The notes beneath the pieces were generated by a model. That model was not told where the DNA came from. It did no database searches and saw nothing but the letters and a program-made list of their open reading frames with translations. The position numbers were made by a program, and so were the translations under genes. From assembly GCA_000320545.1 (NCBI GenBank), contig ADNK01000614.1:186001-250000 (forward strand): a stretch of DNA of 64,000 nt, read 5' to 3'. Below, in pieces: positions 61,995 to 64,000 of the stretch. This DNA is from Bigelowiella natans CCMP2755. Taxonomy: Eukaryota; Protista; Cercozoa. Every line of letters begins with the position of its first letter. Position 1 is the first letter of the stretch.

Positions 61995-63138
61995 TTATGT
62001 TTATATGCAAATAATGACTGCAGCGGCAAGGGGCGGGGGGGGTGGGGGCCAAAACCTCATGAACAGAGCCGTCTTTGTTGTCGCGCATAACTAGCCGCCG
62101 CCGCAATTTGGAATTCCTGTGGAAAATGAGAGGAAACGATGAGGGAGAACTGCATGTTGGATCAGCAAAGGACAAGAAGTAATGATCATAACAAGCCTTT
62201 GCCCTAGAAAACAATAGCTGAAATCCATAAAGATATTATAAATCACGCTGAACTGTTCTTTCCTGTGGCTGTACGTGTTTCACATTTGTCCCCCCCCCCC
62301 CTTCTCTGCTCTTAATTTTTCGTGTAGGAGCAGAACATCCGATGATTGACTGATTCATTTGCATTTGTGGTAGCTAAGGAGTTTTTGCACTACTAGGACA
62401 ACTAACTACGCACGCACGGGTCGTAAACGAAGACGCCGTCCTTTTCATGCTGAACGTCCTTATGCTCTACTTGCTCGTCGTGGGGGTCGCCTTTCCCGCT
62501 CTTTGGCAGTCTAGCCACGCGTATCTAGACGGCACAGTACCATGTAGTATTATTGGCATTATCAATGCTTGCTGCGACATTTCCTTTCTGCCTATTCGTT
62601 CTGTTGTCTTTCCGAAACAAACGGTTCTTCAACATAGAAGGTGGCTGTTCTAACATCGTCGTCGTTAGTGTTGTTGTGTTGCTCGGTGGTTGACGAATTA
62701 ATTCAGCTGCAGTTGGATTGCATCGTACCTCGTCGTCTTCGTCGAAGATCCCCCCCCGCCCTCTCCTCCTCCTGCTTCCAGGTGGCTCGTCAAAGCTCAG
62801 CAGGTGCGGTTCCTTCTCCGACTTAATGTTATGCTGCTCCTGAGGAGTGGAGGAGAAGGAGGAGGAGGAGGAGGAGGGGTTGTCCGAGCACAAACGGACA
62901 AACAAGAGGGACCGCAGCAGCAGCAGCAGCAGCAGATGGTGATCAATAAACGCATTTTGAATGATGAAGAACATGATGCCGATGAAGTAGTAGAGAAATC
63001 CCAACCCTTCTTTCGTCTCTACTACATGCACATTCCTTCTGCTTCTTTTTCTGCCTGTTCTTCTTCTTCTTCTTCTTCTTTATTAACATCATCATCATCG
63101 TCCTCTCCTACTTCCTCCTTTATATCATCATCAACAAC

Positions 63139-63173
<35 letters not shown>

Positions 63174-64000
63174 CAGTGTATCCTTCCATTGCTCCTCCGT
63201 GTCGTCAGGCGCAGCGCCCCCGTCGTCGCACGATGAAGTTGTCTTTTCAAACATTACATCCATGCGTGGGTTGAGGCTGCCGTCTTCGAGGACAAGCTCC
63301 CTCTCGATCTGTGCGTAAGAAAAGGGATTGCTGTTATGCTGCTGCGGTAGCAGTGGAGGAAAACGACGATACGCGAGTAGAAAGGAGTAGAGGAGAGGAG
63401 GAAGGCTGCTGAATTTGTTGTAGCTGCGTCGTATGCCGTTAAGAAAGTGTGATGGATGGATGGATAGATGGATGGATGGATGACGAAGAAGATCGTGATC
63501 GAAATTTTGACATTGATGATGATGATGATGATGGTGATGATGACAACGATAGATGGATCCTGGGGGGAGGGGGGGGGGGATGACCGCAATGAATTCAGTG
63601 CCTAGCGGAAGGCTCGATATCTGATATGTAAATACGCACTTGTGTGTTTGTGCGTGTGTGCGTGTGTGTGTGTGTGGGTGTTTGTGTGGATAATTGTGTG
63701 GTGCAGAACATCTTTGGTAGTTGTAGTAGTAGTAGTAGTAGTTGTAGTAGTAGTAAGTAGTAATAGTAGTAATGCGTTGGTGACTATCTTGTGCAAACAT
63801 GCATCATCCGATCATTACTGTTACCACCATGTATAGGAGAAAGGGTAAAGGAAAGAATGCAATTCGACATGATGTTCGCAATATGTTGTTTTATCATCGA
63901 TTTTCTCCGGTTTCTCTGCATCCCGTTGTTCTTGTTGTTGTTGATGATGATGATATTGTTGCTATATTGCTGTCTCTCATCACACTATAAACGTGGCCCC
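60550..64000 (-). CDS. Hypothetical multi-exon gene, 3' part (no recognised domain; boundaries approximate)
   Basis: AG/GT-bounded non-repetitive segments lie between SSR-rich introns, e.g. IERELVLEDGSLNPRMDVMFEK, NSKLRRRLVMRDNKDGSVHE, RKERTYSRKVARTLEK and DDVFDDISEELRQISEEG. Confidence 0.45.

Overview
Eukaryotic, gene-dense, intron-rich protist DNA. The short introns full of microsatellites suggest a chlorarachniophyte such as Bigelowiella, but this is inference only. I reconstructed about 19 protein-coding genes by hand-splicing GT-AG exons: a PH-domain protein (3' part), a 7x RanBP2 zinc-finger protein, QTRT2, an MDR oxidoreductase, a CUE-CUE-cold-shock protein, a 2OG-Fe(II) oxygenase, an ABCC transporter, a repeat+PhyH dioxygenase, MOK/LF4 kinase, kinesin-3, a cupin+Dabb fusion, AP-4 sigma, a GH18-like protein, a C-type lectin receptor, GRWD1/Rrb1, a 2x S1 protein and three hypothetical genes. 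Strands alternate at 17 of 18 gene junctions. The single exception coincides with the most unusual signal: a ~1.5 kb island (13041-14542) almost free of the dinucleotide TA, with unbroken TA-free runs of 578 and 476 bp, an excess of TG/CA, and CG retained. Weaker patches of the same kind occur in several tail-to-tail intergenic gaps. This looks like localised TpA->TpG/CpA (A:T->G:C) hypermutation, the opposite direction to fungal RIP. A ~85-100 bp hairpin-forming repeat also sits in sense orientation just downstream of four unrelated genes. Exon boundaries and counts were done by eye.
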